A stretch of DNA of 38,657 nucleotides from IMG/VR virus record IMGVR_UViG_3300017544_000005, positions 1 through 38,657 of that record; one strand, 5' to 3'. This DNA is from a virus (taxonomy: Duplodnaviria; Caudoviricetes). Both the position numbers and the translations under genes were made by a program. Below the pieces are notes generated by a model that was given only the letters and a program-made list of their open reading frames with translations, did no database searches and was not told the origin of the DNA. Shown here piece after piece: positions 8,728-18,126 of this stretch; within the stretch, counting starts at the first letter, position 1, and every line of letters starts with the position of its first letter.

Positions 8728-11351
8728 TAGCCCCTCCAATTCCGGGTTGACTTGGCCTGTCTCATGGTCTGCACAACGCGACCGCTAAATTCGGCCTGTT
8801 GCTTGGCCACTACCTGCTCAAGACGGGCCACAGCCGCCACATCAGCCCCGCGCGCGTCGATCTGTGGGGCGAAGGTGATGGTGGGGGTGCTCGCACCAGC
8901 GCCGCTGCTCTTCAGCGTCGGCATAGTCGGCGCCTTCACAATGCCGCCGTCCGCAAACTTCAGCGCCTTGCCGTTATTGATGGCATCCAGCATCGGGCCG
9001 TACTTCTTCGTGGCCGCAGCATTGATGACATACTCGCCATTCGACAGCATAGCCGGCACCTTGTCGGCGCGGGGGCCGCCCGGGCCGCTGATGTAGCCAC
9101 CCGTCGCGGCCTTGACGATGCCGCCGTTGGCGAAGCCAAAAATAGACCCAAAAAGGCCGGTCAGACTCCCGCCGTTGCTGCCGCCCTTGAACAGGCTGGT
9201 GAACAGATCATCGAACGCCATATCCAACAGCTTATCGGCAATCTTGCTCAGCGCGTTGCTAAAAGCCTCAGCCGCCGACTTGCCTTCAACAAGGTCAGTC
9301 ACAATCCCCTTGAGCGCGTCCTTTTCCGTGGACTGCCACTCTTCCATTCGGGATTTGATCTTATCCTGCTCTTCGGCAAGCTTCGCAGCCTCCGCACTGG
9401 CCAAGGCCCACTGTTCCGCAGTCTGGGCTATTTCCTGCCTTAGCTGCGGCGTTATCGCTACGCCAGCCTTCTGTGCCTGATTCAGCAGTTCCTGCTCGGT
9501 GCGGGCCTTCTCCATCGCATAGCCATAATCATCCACAGTCGGATTAAGCTGGCGCTGCGCTTCGGTTTCAGCCACAAGGGCGGCGGTGCGGTCGGTGACA
9601 CGCTGAAGGTCACTGTCAAAGCGTTCTTCCGGCGTCCTTTTGGCACGCTTCTTTTTCTTCTTGTCGTCTGCGGGCGCGTCGATGCCGCCGCCATAGCCGG
9701 CAGTGGAAATACGGCTAGATTTCAAATCGTCAGATTTGGCTTCCGCCCTACGCTCGGCGGCCAACTGGTTCGCTCTCGCCGTAAGCGCATCAAGCGTAGC
9801 GTTCGCGCCATCAACGACCTTGCCGACATAATCCGTGGATTCTCGCGTCAGGGCGTCGCCATAGGCTTTGCCGGCTGCTTCACCAGCGCCGGCATATGTG
9901 TTGGTAAGGCGCCCTAAATCAACAGTACCTATGTCACCTAATGTTGGCGAAACACCTACCCAAGAATCCAGCGTATTCAGCGCATTGGAAACCGAGTTGA
10001 CCGCCCCAACAACCTTATTAACGCCAGCCTCGACCGCCTCAATCATCGCGTTCATCGCGTTAATCGTGGCTTCGGCTATTGCCTGCGGCAACTGCGTAAA
10101 CGTGGTAACGATCACGTCTTTCAGCCGAACGAACATCTCAATGAAGCCATTCACAAACGCCTTGCCGTAAGACAAAACGTCCGACATGCTGACGTTTACG
10201 CCAGCCAATGCCTGTGAAATGGCATTCAAAAGATCATTAAAATCCTGCTGGACCAATGACGCCACATCTGACGATGTCGTCGCAATCGCATCCCACATGG
10301 CAGACAAATAATCGCCCAGCGTGGCGACGCTGCCCTGAAGCGGCACAATTGTGTCTTTGAACTGCGTCACCGCATATGCCGCAGCACCTACGGCGGCAGC
10401 GATTGCAACGAAGGGATTGGCAAGGGCGGCAATCGTGCCGATCAGCGCACCGCGGCCGAATGTTGACAGCAATACAAGGCCAGCCGCTGCTGCGGCATTG
10501 GCTACGGATTCGATATTACCGGCCAGCGCACCGAGAACCTTATTGATGGTTTCGGTTACGCCATAGGCAGACGCTGTTTGACCGATGTATTGGGTAAGAT
10601 TGTTCTTCAGGGCGATAAAACTGTCGCCAATGGTCGCATTCGTAGCCTTGAACTGGGCTTCGATCGGCTTTTGAGCGTTCAAAATAGCCTTAAAGACGCG
10701 ATCCGAAGTCAGTTTTCCATCTTCACCCAGCTTCTTCAGGCCTGAAATAGAAACCTTAAATTCGTCTGCAATTGCCTTAGCAATAACAGGCGCGTTCTCT
10801 CGGATGGATCTAAGTTCGTCGCCCTGCAAGACGCCCGAACCTAATGCCTGACCAAGCTGAAGGATGCCCGCGGCCTGTTCCTGCGCCGAGGCGCCGCCCG
10901 CCTTGAATGCCTTGGATACCAAGCTCGTTGCTAAAGCGATTTCGTCTTCTGATTTTGCCACAGCCGACGCAGAACGAATAAGTCTAGCGTATAGATCGGC
11001 ATAATCAGTCAGGCTGGTGCGCGCGTCGTTGGCGCCCTTATTCAATTCCTCAAGGCTACGCGTCTGAACGCCTGCTGAAGTGGCGGCGGCGCGGATCATA
11101 TTGCCGGCCTGCGTCCACGCATCGGCGTAGCCAATAATCTCTCGCGTCCCAAGCCCCACACCGGCAATAGCGGTCGCGCTCTTCAGCGTGTCCGCAAAAG
11201 AAGCCGAAATATTCCGGTTCATCTGTGTAAAACGGCGCTCGATGCTACGGGCCTGCTTATTGGTCTGCCCCATGGCGCGGGCAAGCGCATTCTCATATTT
11301 CTTGACGTCAGCCGAAAGCTGGACGACAAGTCCTTCCAGACGTGTTGCCAT
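8727..11351 (-). CDS. Tape measure protein
   Basis: 874 aa, Ala-rich. Tape-measure N-domain (QLGQALGSGVLQGDELRSIREN), FANGG/ATGG repeats, GPGGPRADKVPAMLSNGEYV. Confidence 0.95.
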   Translation of the reverse strand: MATRLEGLVVQLSADVKKYENALARAMGQTNKQARSIERRFTQMNRNISASFADTLKSATAIAGVGLGTREIIGYADAWTQAGNMIRAAATSAGVQTRSLEELNKGANDARTSLTDYADLYARLIRSASAVAKSEDEIALATSLVSKAFKAGGASAQEQAAGILQLGQALGSGVLQGDELRSIRENAPVIAKAIADEFKVSISGLKKLGEDGKLTSDRVFKAILNAQKPIEAQFKATNATIGDSFIALKNNLTQYIGQTASAYGVTETINKVLGALAGNIESVANAAAAAGLVLLSTFGRGALIGTIAALANPFVAIAAAVGAAAYAVTQFKDTIVPLQGSVATLGDYLSAMWDAIATTSSDVASLVQQDFNDLLNAISQALAGVNVSMSDVLSYGKAFVNGFIEMFVRLKDVIVTTFTQLPQAIAEATINAMNAMIEAVEAGVNKVVGAVNSVSNALNTLDSWVGVSPTLGDIGTVDLGRLTNTYAGAGEAAGKAYGDALTRESTDYVGKVVDGANATLDALTARANQLAAERRAEAKSDDLKSSRISTAGYGGGIDAPADDKKKKKRAKRTPEERFDSDLQRVTDRTAALVAETEAQRQLNPTVDDYGYAMEKARTEQELLNQAQKAGVAITPQLRQEIAQTAEQWALASAEAAKLAEEQDKIKSRMEEWQSTEKDALKGIVTDLVEGKSAAEAFSNALSKIADKLLDMAFDDLFTSLFKGGSNGGSLTGLFGSIFGFANGGIVKAATGGYISGPGGPRADKVPAMLSNGEYVINAAATKKYGPMLDAINNGKALKFADGGIVKAPTMPTLKSSGAGASTPTITFAPQIDARGADVAAVARLEQVVAKQQAEFSGRVVQTMRQAKSTRNWRG

Positions 11352-11363
11352 AAGGGGTATCCA

Positions 11364-11969
11364 ATGAAGTGGGGAATGGTTTTAGGAATGACGGCGGCTG
11401 GCGTAGTTGCCACTGCGGGGGCGATGGCAAAGGATGTAGACCCTTCAGCCTACACACCATATACAAAGAAGGCTCACCCGAAGACCTTTAAGTCTTGGGG
11501 TAAATCCGGCATTGACAAAATCAACAAGTATATGAAAGAGGCAGCTATACGCGCTTCTCAATCGCCAAAATGCGATAACGTTGAATCATCAGACTTATCG
11601 GATAACAGAAGTGCGCCACCGAATAAGATCGTTATTTTTGTTGATTGCTCAAACGGGGAGAGATTTTACTTCGCGTCGTCCGACTTAGATTCACAAGGCG
11701 AAGCGGTTTCGCAGAAAGAAAAAACCGGAGCGTTTACAGACTCTGCTTATGTCGCACGATGCGAAGAGGCCATAAGAATGACTTTAAAGTTTCCGTCATC
11801 TATGGATAAAGACTGGTTTTCTACGAATGTTTATCGCGCTCCCACAGGGAACGTTGCGGTTACTTTTGATTTTTCCGCAAAAAATGGCTTCGGCGGCACC
11901 TTGCCCCAAAAAGCAAGGTGCGCTTTTGATGATCGCGGTATGCACCCGGTTGAGATTACGAATAGATGA
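11364..11969 (+). CDS. Secreted/periplasmic hypothetical protein (opposite-strand moron)
   Basis: Signal peptide ending in AMA|K, 4 Cys, lower GC than flanks, KFPSS..F and F.AKNGFGG motifs. It is inserted between the TMP and chaperone genes. Confidence 0.75.
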   Translation: MKWGMVLGMTAAGVVATAGAMAKDVDPSAYTPYTKKAHPKTFKSWGKSGIDKINKYMKEAAIRASQSPKCDNVESSDLSDNRSAPPNKIVIFVDCSNGERFYFASSDLDSQGEAVSQKEKTGAFTDSAYVARCEEAIRMTLKFPSSMDKDWFSTNVYRAPTGNVAVTFDFSAKNGFGGTLPQKARCAFDDRGMHPVEITNR

Positions 11970-12209
11970 TTACCCGTTGATCCAATCCCAAAGTTCATCG
12001 ACTTCAGAAGTTGACAACCCATTATCTTCCGGGCTGTTGGCCTTCACGTAGCCTTCCCACGCCGCCAGAAACTTCCAGACAGACATCTGGTCTACTTCTT
12101 GCGGTGTGAAGCCCATGACGGCACCACTTCCGTATATGTTGGCAAACCTGATCTTGCCGTTAGGTAGATCATCTAGCTCCCGGCCAGATTTGCCTCGTCT
12201 TGCTCCCCC
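11970..12209 (-). CDS. gpT-like extension of the tail assembly chaperone (-1 frame)
   Basis: The -1 frame is open from GGGGGAG (12203-12209) to TAA at 11970: ...IRFANIYGSGAVMGFTPQEVDQMSVWKFLAAWEGYVKAN...ELWDWING. Confidence 0.7.
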   Translation of the reverse strand, partial: GGARRGKSGRELDDLPNGKIRFANIYGSGAVMGFTPQEVDQMSVWKFLAAWEGYVKANSPEDNGLSTSEVDELWDWING

Positions 12210-12529
12210 ACCTTTTCTTCCGGCGCCCCCATAAGCGCAGCCGACAAAACCACCTGCGCGTACAAGATGCTTTCCATAGGCGGACGGGATTCAACGTATT
12301 CTTTTACCAGTTTCAGGGCATCTGTAGGTTTCAGCCCTCCGCCGATCAACCCGTAACGAACCACTTCCCGAATGTCGGCAACACGCCATTGACCACTCTG
12401 CAAACGGTTCAAGATAACGTAGGGGCCAGCGTCGCATGCCTCCTGAAGGTTTGCCAGTTCCCCCCATCCGAGACGGAACCTGTAGGTTCCGTCCCCGAAT
12501 TCCAGTTCAACTGATGCGTCCCTAGACAT
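12173..12529 (-). CDS. Tail assembly chaperone (gpG / GTA gp10-like)
   Basis: FGDGTYRFRLGWGEL..LQEACDAGP, GLIGGG; located between the tail tube and TMP. Confidence 0.85.
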   Translation of the reverse strand: MSRDASVELEFGDGTYRFRLGWGELANLQEACDAGPYVILNRLQSGQWRVADIREVVRYGLIGGGLKPTDALKLVKEYVESRPPMESILYAQVVLSAALMGAPEEKVGEQDEANLAGS

Positions 12530-12969
12530 TAGCTACCCGTGGGCTGAGAAGTGCGGACCATTTCGCCGTCAGACTGCATAGACACGTTCACTGTCGCACG
12601 CTCGCCGTTGTTGGCGCCAATCTCAAGGCTCTCGATGTGCATATAGCCAGTGTAGAAATAAGTCATGGCAGGGAATTCGATTTCGACCTGCACCTGCACA
12701 CTGTCAATACTTTCCCACCCGTCCATCCACGTTTCAATGGACTGCGACGCAAGGACACCTTCGCCAGATACGGACATGGACAGAGACGCCGCGTCGCGGC
12801 CAATCCAGTCTACCTTATCCGGGTCGTCACAGTCCGGGATAGAAACTTCGTTCAGATTTTTGGTAAGAGTCAGCGACCGCTGCGTCAGTCCGCACGGCGC
12901 AACATATTCGGTGCCGTCGTAAAGCTTGACGCGGATTTTGCCGCCCTTAATGGTAGTAGCTTGAGCCAC
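12529..12969 (-). CDS. Major tail (tube) protein
   Basis: GTG start at 12969 with GGAGGG RBS; APCGLT.RSL, PDCDDPD, SVSGEGV, MQSDGE motifs. Confidence 0.88.
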   Translation of the reverse strand: MAQATTIKGGKIRVKLYDGTEYVAPCGLTQRSLTLTKNLNEVSIPDCDDPDKVDWIGRDAASLSMSVSGEGVLASQSIETWMDGWESIDSVQVQVEIEFPAMTYFYTGYMHIESLEIGANNGERATVNVSMQSDGEMVRTSQPTGS

Positions 12970-12983
12970 GTGGCCCTCCATAC

Positions 12984-13006
12984 AAAAAGGCCACCCAAGG
13001 GCGGCC
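12984..13006 (-). terminator. Terminator-like hairpin upstream of the tail tube RBS
   Basis: Minus strand reads GGCCGCC-cttg-GGTGGCC followed by TTTTT. Confidence 0.55.
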
Positions 13007-13034
13007 ACGATATTCAGGATTATTGGCGCGGCAG

Positions 13035-13454
13035 TTAGGGCTGCTCGATCAACGCCGTGTAGCGGATAGCGGCGTGATTAATATCGCCGTCCTTGATGTA
13101 GTTGGTGCTTTCGTAATCGAAGTAGACCAACGCGTTTTCGGACAAGGTTGGTTCCCATCCTCGCAGCGCTTGGCGAACTGCGTTCGCAATATCGCGCATT
13201 TGTTTTTGGGGCGGATCAATCGACCAGACGTCAAGCTGGAAGATAACGTCATGCCCATATATGCAATCCGCATCATCGGCGGTCATCGACGATGCACCGA
13301 TACTCACATAAGGAAACAATGAAGGCGCAACTTCGCCGGCATCGTTCGTTGGCGGATTATCGTAAATCTTTGTACCAATCAGCGCAGCGACACCAGCGTC
13401 GGCGCGCAGGCGCTGTACGATGGCAACCTGTAACTCATAGATAGGATCAGCCAT
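13035..13454 (-). CDS. Tail terminator / completion protein (DUF3168-like)
   Basis: LQVAIVQRL.AD, IYDNPP, FPYVSIG, QLDVWS motifs; synteny. Confidence 0.85.
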   Translation of the reverse strand: MADPIYELQVAIVQRLRADAGVAALIGTKIYDNPPTNDAGEVAPSLFPYVSIGASSMTADDADCIYGHDVIFQLDVWSIDPPQKQMRDIANAVRQALRGWEPTLSENALVYFDYESTNYIKDGDINHAAIRYTALIEQP

Positions 13455-13920
13455 TGCCACCGCCTGCCGCAACTTGTTTTGCGGACTTGGTTATTGCGCG
13501 CGACACACGAGATTTCACGCTGCGGCTCTTGGCGCGCCATGACACATAGAAGAATGGCTGTTTTTTAACCGCGGGAATTTCCGCGCCCTTGAACATGCCG
13601 CCAGCAATATGCGCCGCGCTGCCAAATTCAACCAGGTGAGCATAACGGACCCTGCTATTGCCTGCATATATCGTGATGGTCATTTTACCATCTGCGGATT
13701 TTACACTGGCAATCTTCTGGCTGTATTTCGGCGCTTCTCCCCATGTCCAGCCTATGCTTTCGAGCAACTCGCCGCTATCGACAGGCACAAGATTCTGCAT
13801 CATGTTGACGATGTCTTGCGCGCCTTGCTCCATGGCTGCGCGTATGGCGGTTTCGGCGGCTTCGGGCAGGCGTTTAAGTTTTTTGTTAAGGCTGGACAAG
13901 CCAATTATCCTAACCGCCAC
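13447..13920 (-). CDS. HK97 gp10-like tail completion protein
   Basis: PVDSGEL.ESI, YAHLVEFGS, QPFF motifs. Confidence 0.88.
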   Translation of the reverse strand: MAVRIIGLSSLNKKLKRLPEAAETAIRAAMEQGAQDIVNMMQNLVPVDSGELLESIGWTWGEAPKYSQKIASVKSADGKMTITIYAGNSRVRYAHLVEFGSAAHIAGGMFKGAEIPAVKKQPFFYVSWRAKSRSVKSRVSRAITKSAKQVAAGGGNG

Positions 13921-14298
13921 CTAAGTAGCCTCCCCTTCAATCACCAGCATTTCGATATACTGGTTCCGCTCATCAGGATTGACGACGGTTTTTATGCCAA
14001 AGGTTCGGTTCGGCTCAGCCCCGGTAAGACCCGCGCGCGCATCATAAGCCCGCCAAGACGCAGTTATCTGCCGTGTGTCGGCGCTGCCGCGCACTGTCAG
14101 ATTATAGGGCTGCTGCGCCTGCATGCGGGCCGCGATGACGCTTTCCACGTTGCTGCCGAACTTAGGCGCCAACCTTGCCGGTATCGTGAATTGATCCACC
14201 CACTGGCCGCGAGTGCCGCCGTCAGGCGTGTCAATCTGCTCGCGGCGCTGGAAGGTCACCATACAGTTTAGCGACCCGGCGCCTTTGCGGTTTGCCAT
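13921..14298 (-). CDS. Head closure / head-tail adaptor (SPP1 gp16-like)
   Basis: AGSL...VTFQ, D..GG....W motifs; synteny. Confidence 0.82.
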   Translation of the reverse strand: MANRKGAGSLNCMVTFQRREQIDTPDGGTRGQWVDQFTIPARLAPKFGSNVESVIAARMQAQQPYNLTVRGSADTRQITASWRAYDARAGLTGAEPNRTFGIKTVVNPDERNQYIEMLVIEGEAT

Positions 14299-14468
14299 TT
14301 CCTAGCCTCGTCTCTGTTCGGTGTTTCCATGGCAACCGCCATGCCAGCGGCTATCGATCGCTTGGCACAAGGCGTTGGCACATTACCGACATACCCAGCC
14401 GGATAGCGGATCGTGACGGCGTGCTTGGCGACGTAATTGTAGGTGGCGGTGAAGCGGACCCAGGGCAT
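14268..14468 (-). CDS. Small hypothetical head-region protein
   Basis: MPWVRFTATYNY...YPAG...A.AAG.A; TAATG coupling to the connector gene. Confidence 0.6.
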   Translation of the reverse strand: MPWVRFTATYNYVAKHAVTIRYPAGYVGNVPTPCAKRSIAAGMAVAMETPNRDEARKWQTAKAPGR

Positions 14469-14791
14469 TATGACCCCGAACGCCACACCCGATATGGTGC
14501 CAACAGCGCCCGAACGTGACGCGGCAGAACGGCATTGCCTTCGGCATTCATGTCTGGCTCGCGGTTCTCGTACAGATCAGCCGCAACCAACAAGATCGCT
14601 GCCGTTATGGGCGGGGTTAACTCAATGCCATCAGGCAAGGTAGGCGTCGCGCCGGTAGCCACGATCTCACGGTCGACATATTCAACGACGATCGTTTCAG
14701 CAGCCGTCTGATATACAGCAAGCTCGTCGTCCTCGTCGTCGTGGAATATGCGCAAGTGCTTTTTCAGAAGCGTAAGGTCAATCAGGGCCAT
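14468..14791 (-). CDS. Head-tail connector (HK97 gp6-like)
   Basis: LKKHLRI..D.EDD, AILLVAADLYENRE, LLAPYR; GGAGG RBS before ATG 14791. Confidence 0.92.
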   Translation of the reverse strand: MALIDLTLLKKHLRIFHDDEDDELAVYQTAAETIVVEYVDREIVATGATPTLPDGIELTPPITAAILLVAADLYENREPDMNAEGNAVLPRHVRALLAPYRVWRSGS

Positions 14792-14799
14792 CTGGCCTC

Positions 14800-15390
14800 C
14801 TATGCCGCCAAGCGCCAAGCTCTGCGGACTTCTGTTCGTTTCTGTCCGTCAGGATGGCGCTCGACGCTCGGTCCATCATCATGATCCACGAGCGAGCGCA
14901 CCGGATAAATCACTGGCCTGCGCATGACTTGCTGCCAAGCATTTCCGATGGCGAAATCTGCTGCGCCGCTTGCCGGTATCTTCGACAGCACCGCCTCGAC
15001 CTTGCCCGCCGGGATCGTGTAGCAAACGCCATGAATAAGCTGGGGTAGCGTGATGCATTCCTCCCTCCACTGGTCAGCACGGCGGAGCAAATTGGCGATT
15101 TGCGTCTGGTATTGCGGCGGCCTGCCGGTGCCTAGGTAAAACGACAGCAAGTCATCTGGGCATTCATCCATCCAGCCTTGCGCCAAATTGCCAAAATCCG
15201 CCACAGGAAGCGCATCGTCCTCCATAATGACGCAACGCTCGCTCTGGACAGAACACCACTCCAGCGCCTTCCTATGGCCATGCAGCGCGCCATTCCCGAT
15301 CTCGTCCATGACAATATGCGCGTTCAGGCTTCTAGCGAGACGTTCGGCTTGGTCTCTGCGCTTGTAATGTGCCACGATGACGATCTTCAT
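14800..15390 (-). CDS. Glycosyltransferase, GT-A fold (GT25-like)
   Basis: G...GH..AL, VIMEDDA (DxD-type motif), HGVCY, D..IG, PSLVDH-like motif (RSLVDHDD). Confidence 0.72.
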   Translation of the reverse strand: MKIVIVAHYKRRDQAERLARSLNAHIVMDEIGNGALHGHRKALEWCSVQSERCVIMEDDALPVADFGNLAQGWMDECPDDLLSFYLGTGRPPQYQTQIANLLRRADQWREECITLPQLIHGVCYTIPAGKVEAVLSKIPASGAADFAIGNAWQQVMRRPVIYPVRSLVDHDDGPSVERHPDGQKRTEVRRAWRLAA

Positions 15391-16847
15391 TTATGCTTCC
15401 ACCAAGCATATTCCCGCCCGATACCCTCGGCTTTGAAAACCGTGTTGATACGCGGGCCGGTCTCGATCCTGTCAGCCCATTTTGAGTAAGCGACGTAATT
15501 GAACGTCGCCATGTCTCCGACCTCGTTACCGGCTCGCTCGACACTCAAGAAGCGCCGCGATGCGAGAGATTGCCAATCCTTCACCATGTCGTGGGCGAAC
15601 GCCATCACGGTTTGCCGATCCCCGCCGACCAGTCCAGCATTCAGCATCAGGCGATGGGTGTTCTTTTTCAGGAACGCTTGCAAATGACTGGCCGGATGGT
15701 TTGACAGCATCCACTGGTCAGCCAGCGTCTTATGTTCCGACCCGACATAAAGCCGTCCCGGTTCCATATGCTCCCACGGCTCTGCCAGCATTTCCACATC
15801 GGTGCCGTCCGTCGCCCATACCCACTCGGTTTCGGGATGGTCGCGCAGCCATTGATAGATATGCAGCCAGCGCAAGAAATACGGGTTCTGTTTCGATGGC
15901 TCAACCTTGGCAATTTCAGCGCCAGCCGGTGCCGTGTGCAGATGGTCGGCCAGAATGACCGCCTTACCGCCTTTGATGCTCTTGGCCCAAGCGGCCAGCA
16001 TGTCAGGCGTTGCCTGCAATCTCGTGCCGCGTTGCGGGTCAGCCGCTTCGGTCAGCATCGAAGTCAGCACCACATTCACCGGCTCGATCAGCGGAACATA
16101 AGCCGTATAGCCTGCATCACGCCGCCGGTTATGGATTTCGGCATTGCGCTTGACCAAGGCATCTCGATCAGCAGCAGGAACCGAACGCGTTACGGCCTCG
16201 TGTTCGTCCATGCTGTAGATCAGCTTTTCCGATCCGGCCACATCGGCAAAGGCCCATGAAGTCAGACCGGCATGGTAAATCCGCATGGCAAGGTCGGAAT
16301 GCTCATACATGCCCCGGCCATAGACCCAGTCAAAACCACCGATCTTCTCGATCACGTCGCGCCGGTAATACAACATCACCCCGCGCTGACCTGAATAGGC
16401 CACGTGGCGCGCATCCTGATGGAGGATGGTGATGTCCTTCAGTTTGCGCGGCCCCGCCAGATCAAGGAACTGATAGGCGAGATGCGGCTCCGGGCTGTTG
16501 ATATATGGCTGATGCCAGCTATCGGCTATGGGCCAAGCGTCGTCATCCCAGAGGAAGAACTCAGAACAACCTGCTTCCATCAAGGCGCGCAGGCAGGCGT
16601 TTTTCGCGGCAACGATGCCTTTGGATTGCTCGTGGTGTATAACTCGCGCCCATTCAGGGGCCGCCACAGGAATCTTGGAACCATCGTCAATAACAATAAC
16701 AACCGCACCAGACGGTAAGTGCTTCTTATGATTTTCCAGCGCTTGCGCCAGTACCGTGTTGCGATTATGGGTTGTTATAGCAATTCCGATGCGCGTCTTT
16801 TGCTCGCCAGCAGGCACAAAAGGCGTGCCGTTGATTATAACTTGCAT
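15387..16847 (-). CDS. Two-domain glycosyltransferase (GT2 domain plus a second GT-A domain)
   Basis: N-domain: IAITTHNR, IVIDDGS, GIVAAKN, FLWDDD, IGGFD, YEHSDL. C-domain: RW..IYQWL, WATDGTDV, LNAGLVGG, DMATFN. Start ATG 16847 with GAGGAG RBS. Confidence 0.88.
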   Translation of the reverse strand: MQVIINGTPFVPAGEQKTRIGIAITTHNRNTVLAQALENHKKHLPSGAVVIVIDDGSKIPVAAPEWARVIHHEQSKGIVAAKNACLRALMEAGCSEFFLWDDDAWPIADSWHQPYINSPEPHLAYQFLDLAGPRKLKDITILHQDARHVAYSGQRGVMLYYRRDVIEKIGGFDWVYGRGMYEHSDLAMRIYHAGLTSWAFADVAGSEKLIYSMDEHEAVTRSVPAADRDALVKRNAEIHNRRRDAGYTAYVPLIEPVNVVLTSMLTEAADPQRGTRLQATPDMLAAWAKSIKGGKAVILADHLHTAPAGAEIAKVEPSKQNPYFLRWLHIYQWLRDHPETEWVWATDGTDVEMLAEPWEHMEPGRLYVGSEHKTLADQWMLSNHPASHLQAFLKKNTHRLMLNAGLVGGDRQTVMAFAHDMVKDWQSLASRRFLSVERAGNEVGDMATFNYVAYSKWADRIETGPRINTVFKAEGIGREYAWWKHK

Positions 16848-16865
16848 GCCTCTCCTCACATCATA

Positions 16866-16894
16866 GAAAAGGCGGCCGGTTTCCCGGCCACCTT
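16866..16894 (-). terminator. Terminator after the major capsid gene
   Basis: Minus strand reads AAGGTGGCCGG-GAAA-CCGGCCGCCTT followed by TTCT (GNRA loop). Confidence 0.7.
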
Positions 16895-16901
16895 GTATTA
16901 C

Positions 16902-18110
16902 TTACGAACCAGCTTCTACTGCGCCCTTGACGAACGCTTCTGGTCGGTAAACCGCCAGAGCAAGACGCTCCTCGATGCGGATCGTTGCCATGTTCTTGAC
17001 GAAGTCGTCCTCGTTCTCGGTGGAGAGCAGCACTTCAACGCCCATGCGATCGAAGATCTGCGCGCCGAGATTGAACGCGCCGGTCAGGAACTGGCCTGCA
17101 GCCATTGCCTGCGTCTGAACGACAGGAATACCCCAGAGCGAAGGACCGATTGGCGACTGTGCGTTGCCAACGATATAGCGGCCTTCGTTGTCCTTGGTCA
17201 GTTCAATGCGAGCCCAGTCGGTCGGGTTCAGTACGAAACCGGATGCAGGGAACTCAGCAAGGATAACCTGCAGGACGGCAAGACGAAGACGGTCGATAGC
17301 CTGCTCATCTGCCGGCGCGAATGCCGGAGCAAACGCCGTAGCCTGCGGCAGAATACCGTTCAGGTTCTGGCCGGTACCGTCGCCGTTGAGCAGCTGCTGC
17401 TCTTCAACGAACTTCAGGCCATAGGTGCCACGCGCGTTGATGTAGCTCGCAAGTGCCGGAGCATCGTCGAGAATCTGACGGCTGGCCTTGAAGATATGGG
17501 CCAGAGTGCGAACCGGAGTGGTGACCAGATCGAACGTGAGATCCGACTTCGGCTTCAGGGTCGTTTCTGCGACAGGAGCGGCATTGTTCGTAAAGCCGGT
17601 TTCCTTCACATATTCGACGCTGTTGCTGGTCGTCTGACCTGCGGCCAGAAGATCACGGATCGTCATCTGTCGCTGCGGAGGCGTGATAATACCAGGGACA
17701 CGATGACCCGGCACCAGAGACGTTCCAGCCGAGCGGCCAGTGCCTACGGTGGTGTTACCAGAGGTGATATCCGCACGTTCTGCGCCGACACGGATGGAAC
17801 CGCGGAAAGCGCCGGTCTTGTCCATGTTCACGAACTTGTCGGAATTGACAAGCTGATCGCCAAGGCCGCCCGCGGTGGCGTCTTCGGTATGTTCACGCTC
17901 ACGAGCGGCGCGCTTTTCCAGTTCGCCAATGCGGGTCGTGGTGTCACCAAGCTCGGACAGCGCCTTATCGACCTTGTCTTTCAGATCGGTGGAAACAGTT
18001 CCGTGCTGCTGGAGCTGCGTGGTGAAATCGGTCGCGAGATTGCCGACCTGCTCTTTAATGGAGGCGAGCGAAGCACCCAGCTCGCCAATGCGTTCTGCTA
18101 GTTCAGCCAT
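16902..18110 (-). CDS. Major capsid protein, HK97 fold
   Basis: N-terminal coiled-coil delta domain; TIRDLL, EYVKETGFTNNAAPVAE, ASRQILDDA, LLNGDGTGQNL.GI, IEERLALAVYRPEAF. GGAG RBS before ATG 18110. Confidence 0.96.
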   Translation of the reverse strand: MAELAERIGELGASLASIKEQVGNLATDFTTQLQQHGTVSTDLKDKVDKALSELGDTTTRIGELEKRAAREREHTEDATAGGLGDQLVNSDKFVNMDKTGAFRGSIRVGAERADITSGNTTVGTGRSAGTSLVPGHRVPGIITPPQRQMTIRDLLAAGQTTSNSVEYVKETGFTNNAAPVAETTLKPKSDLTFDLVTTPVRTLAHIFKASRQILDDAPALASYINARGTYGLKFVEEQQLLNGDGTGQNLNGILPQATAFAPAFAPADEQAIDRLRLAVLQVILAEFPASGFVLNPTDWARIELTKDNEGRYIVGNAQSPIGPSLWGIPVVQTQAMAAGQFLTGAFNLGAQIFDRMGVEVLLSTENEDDFVKNMATIRIEERLALAVYRPEAFVKGAVEAGS

Positions 18111-18126
18111 AAATGGCTCCTTTGAT

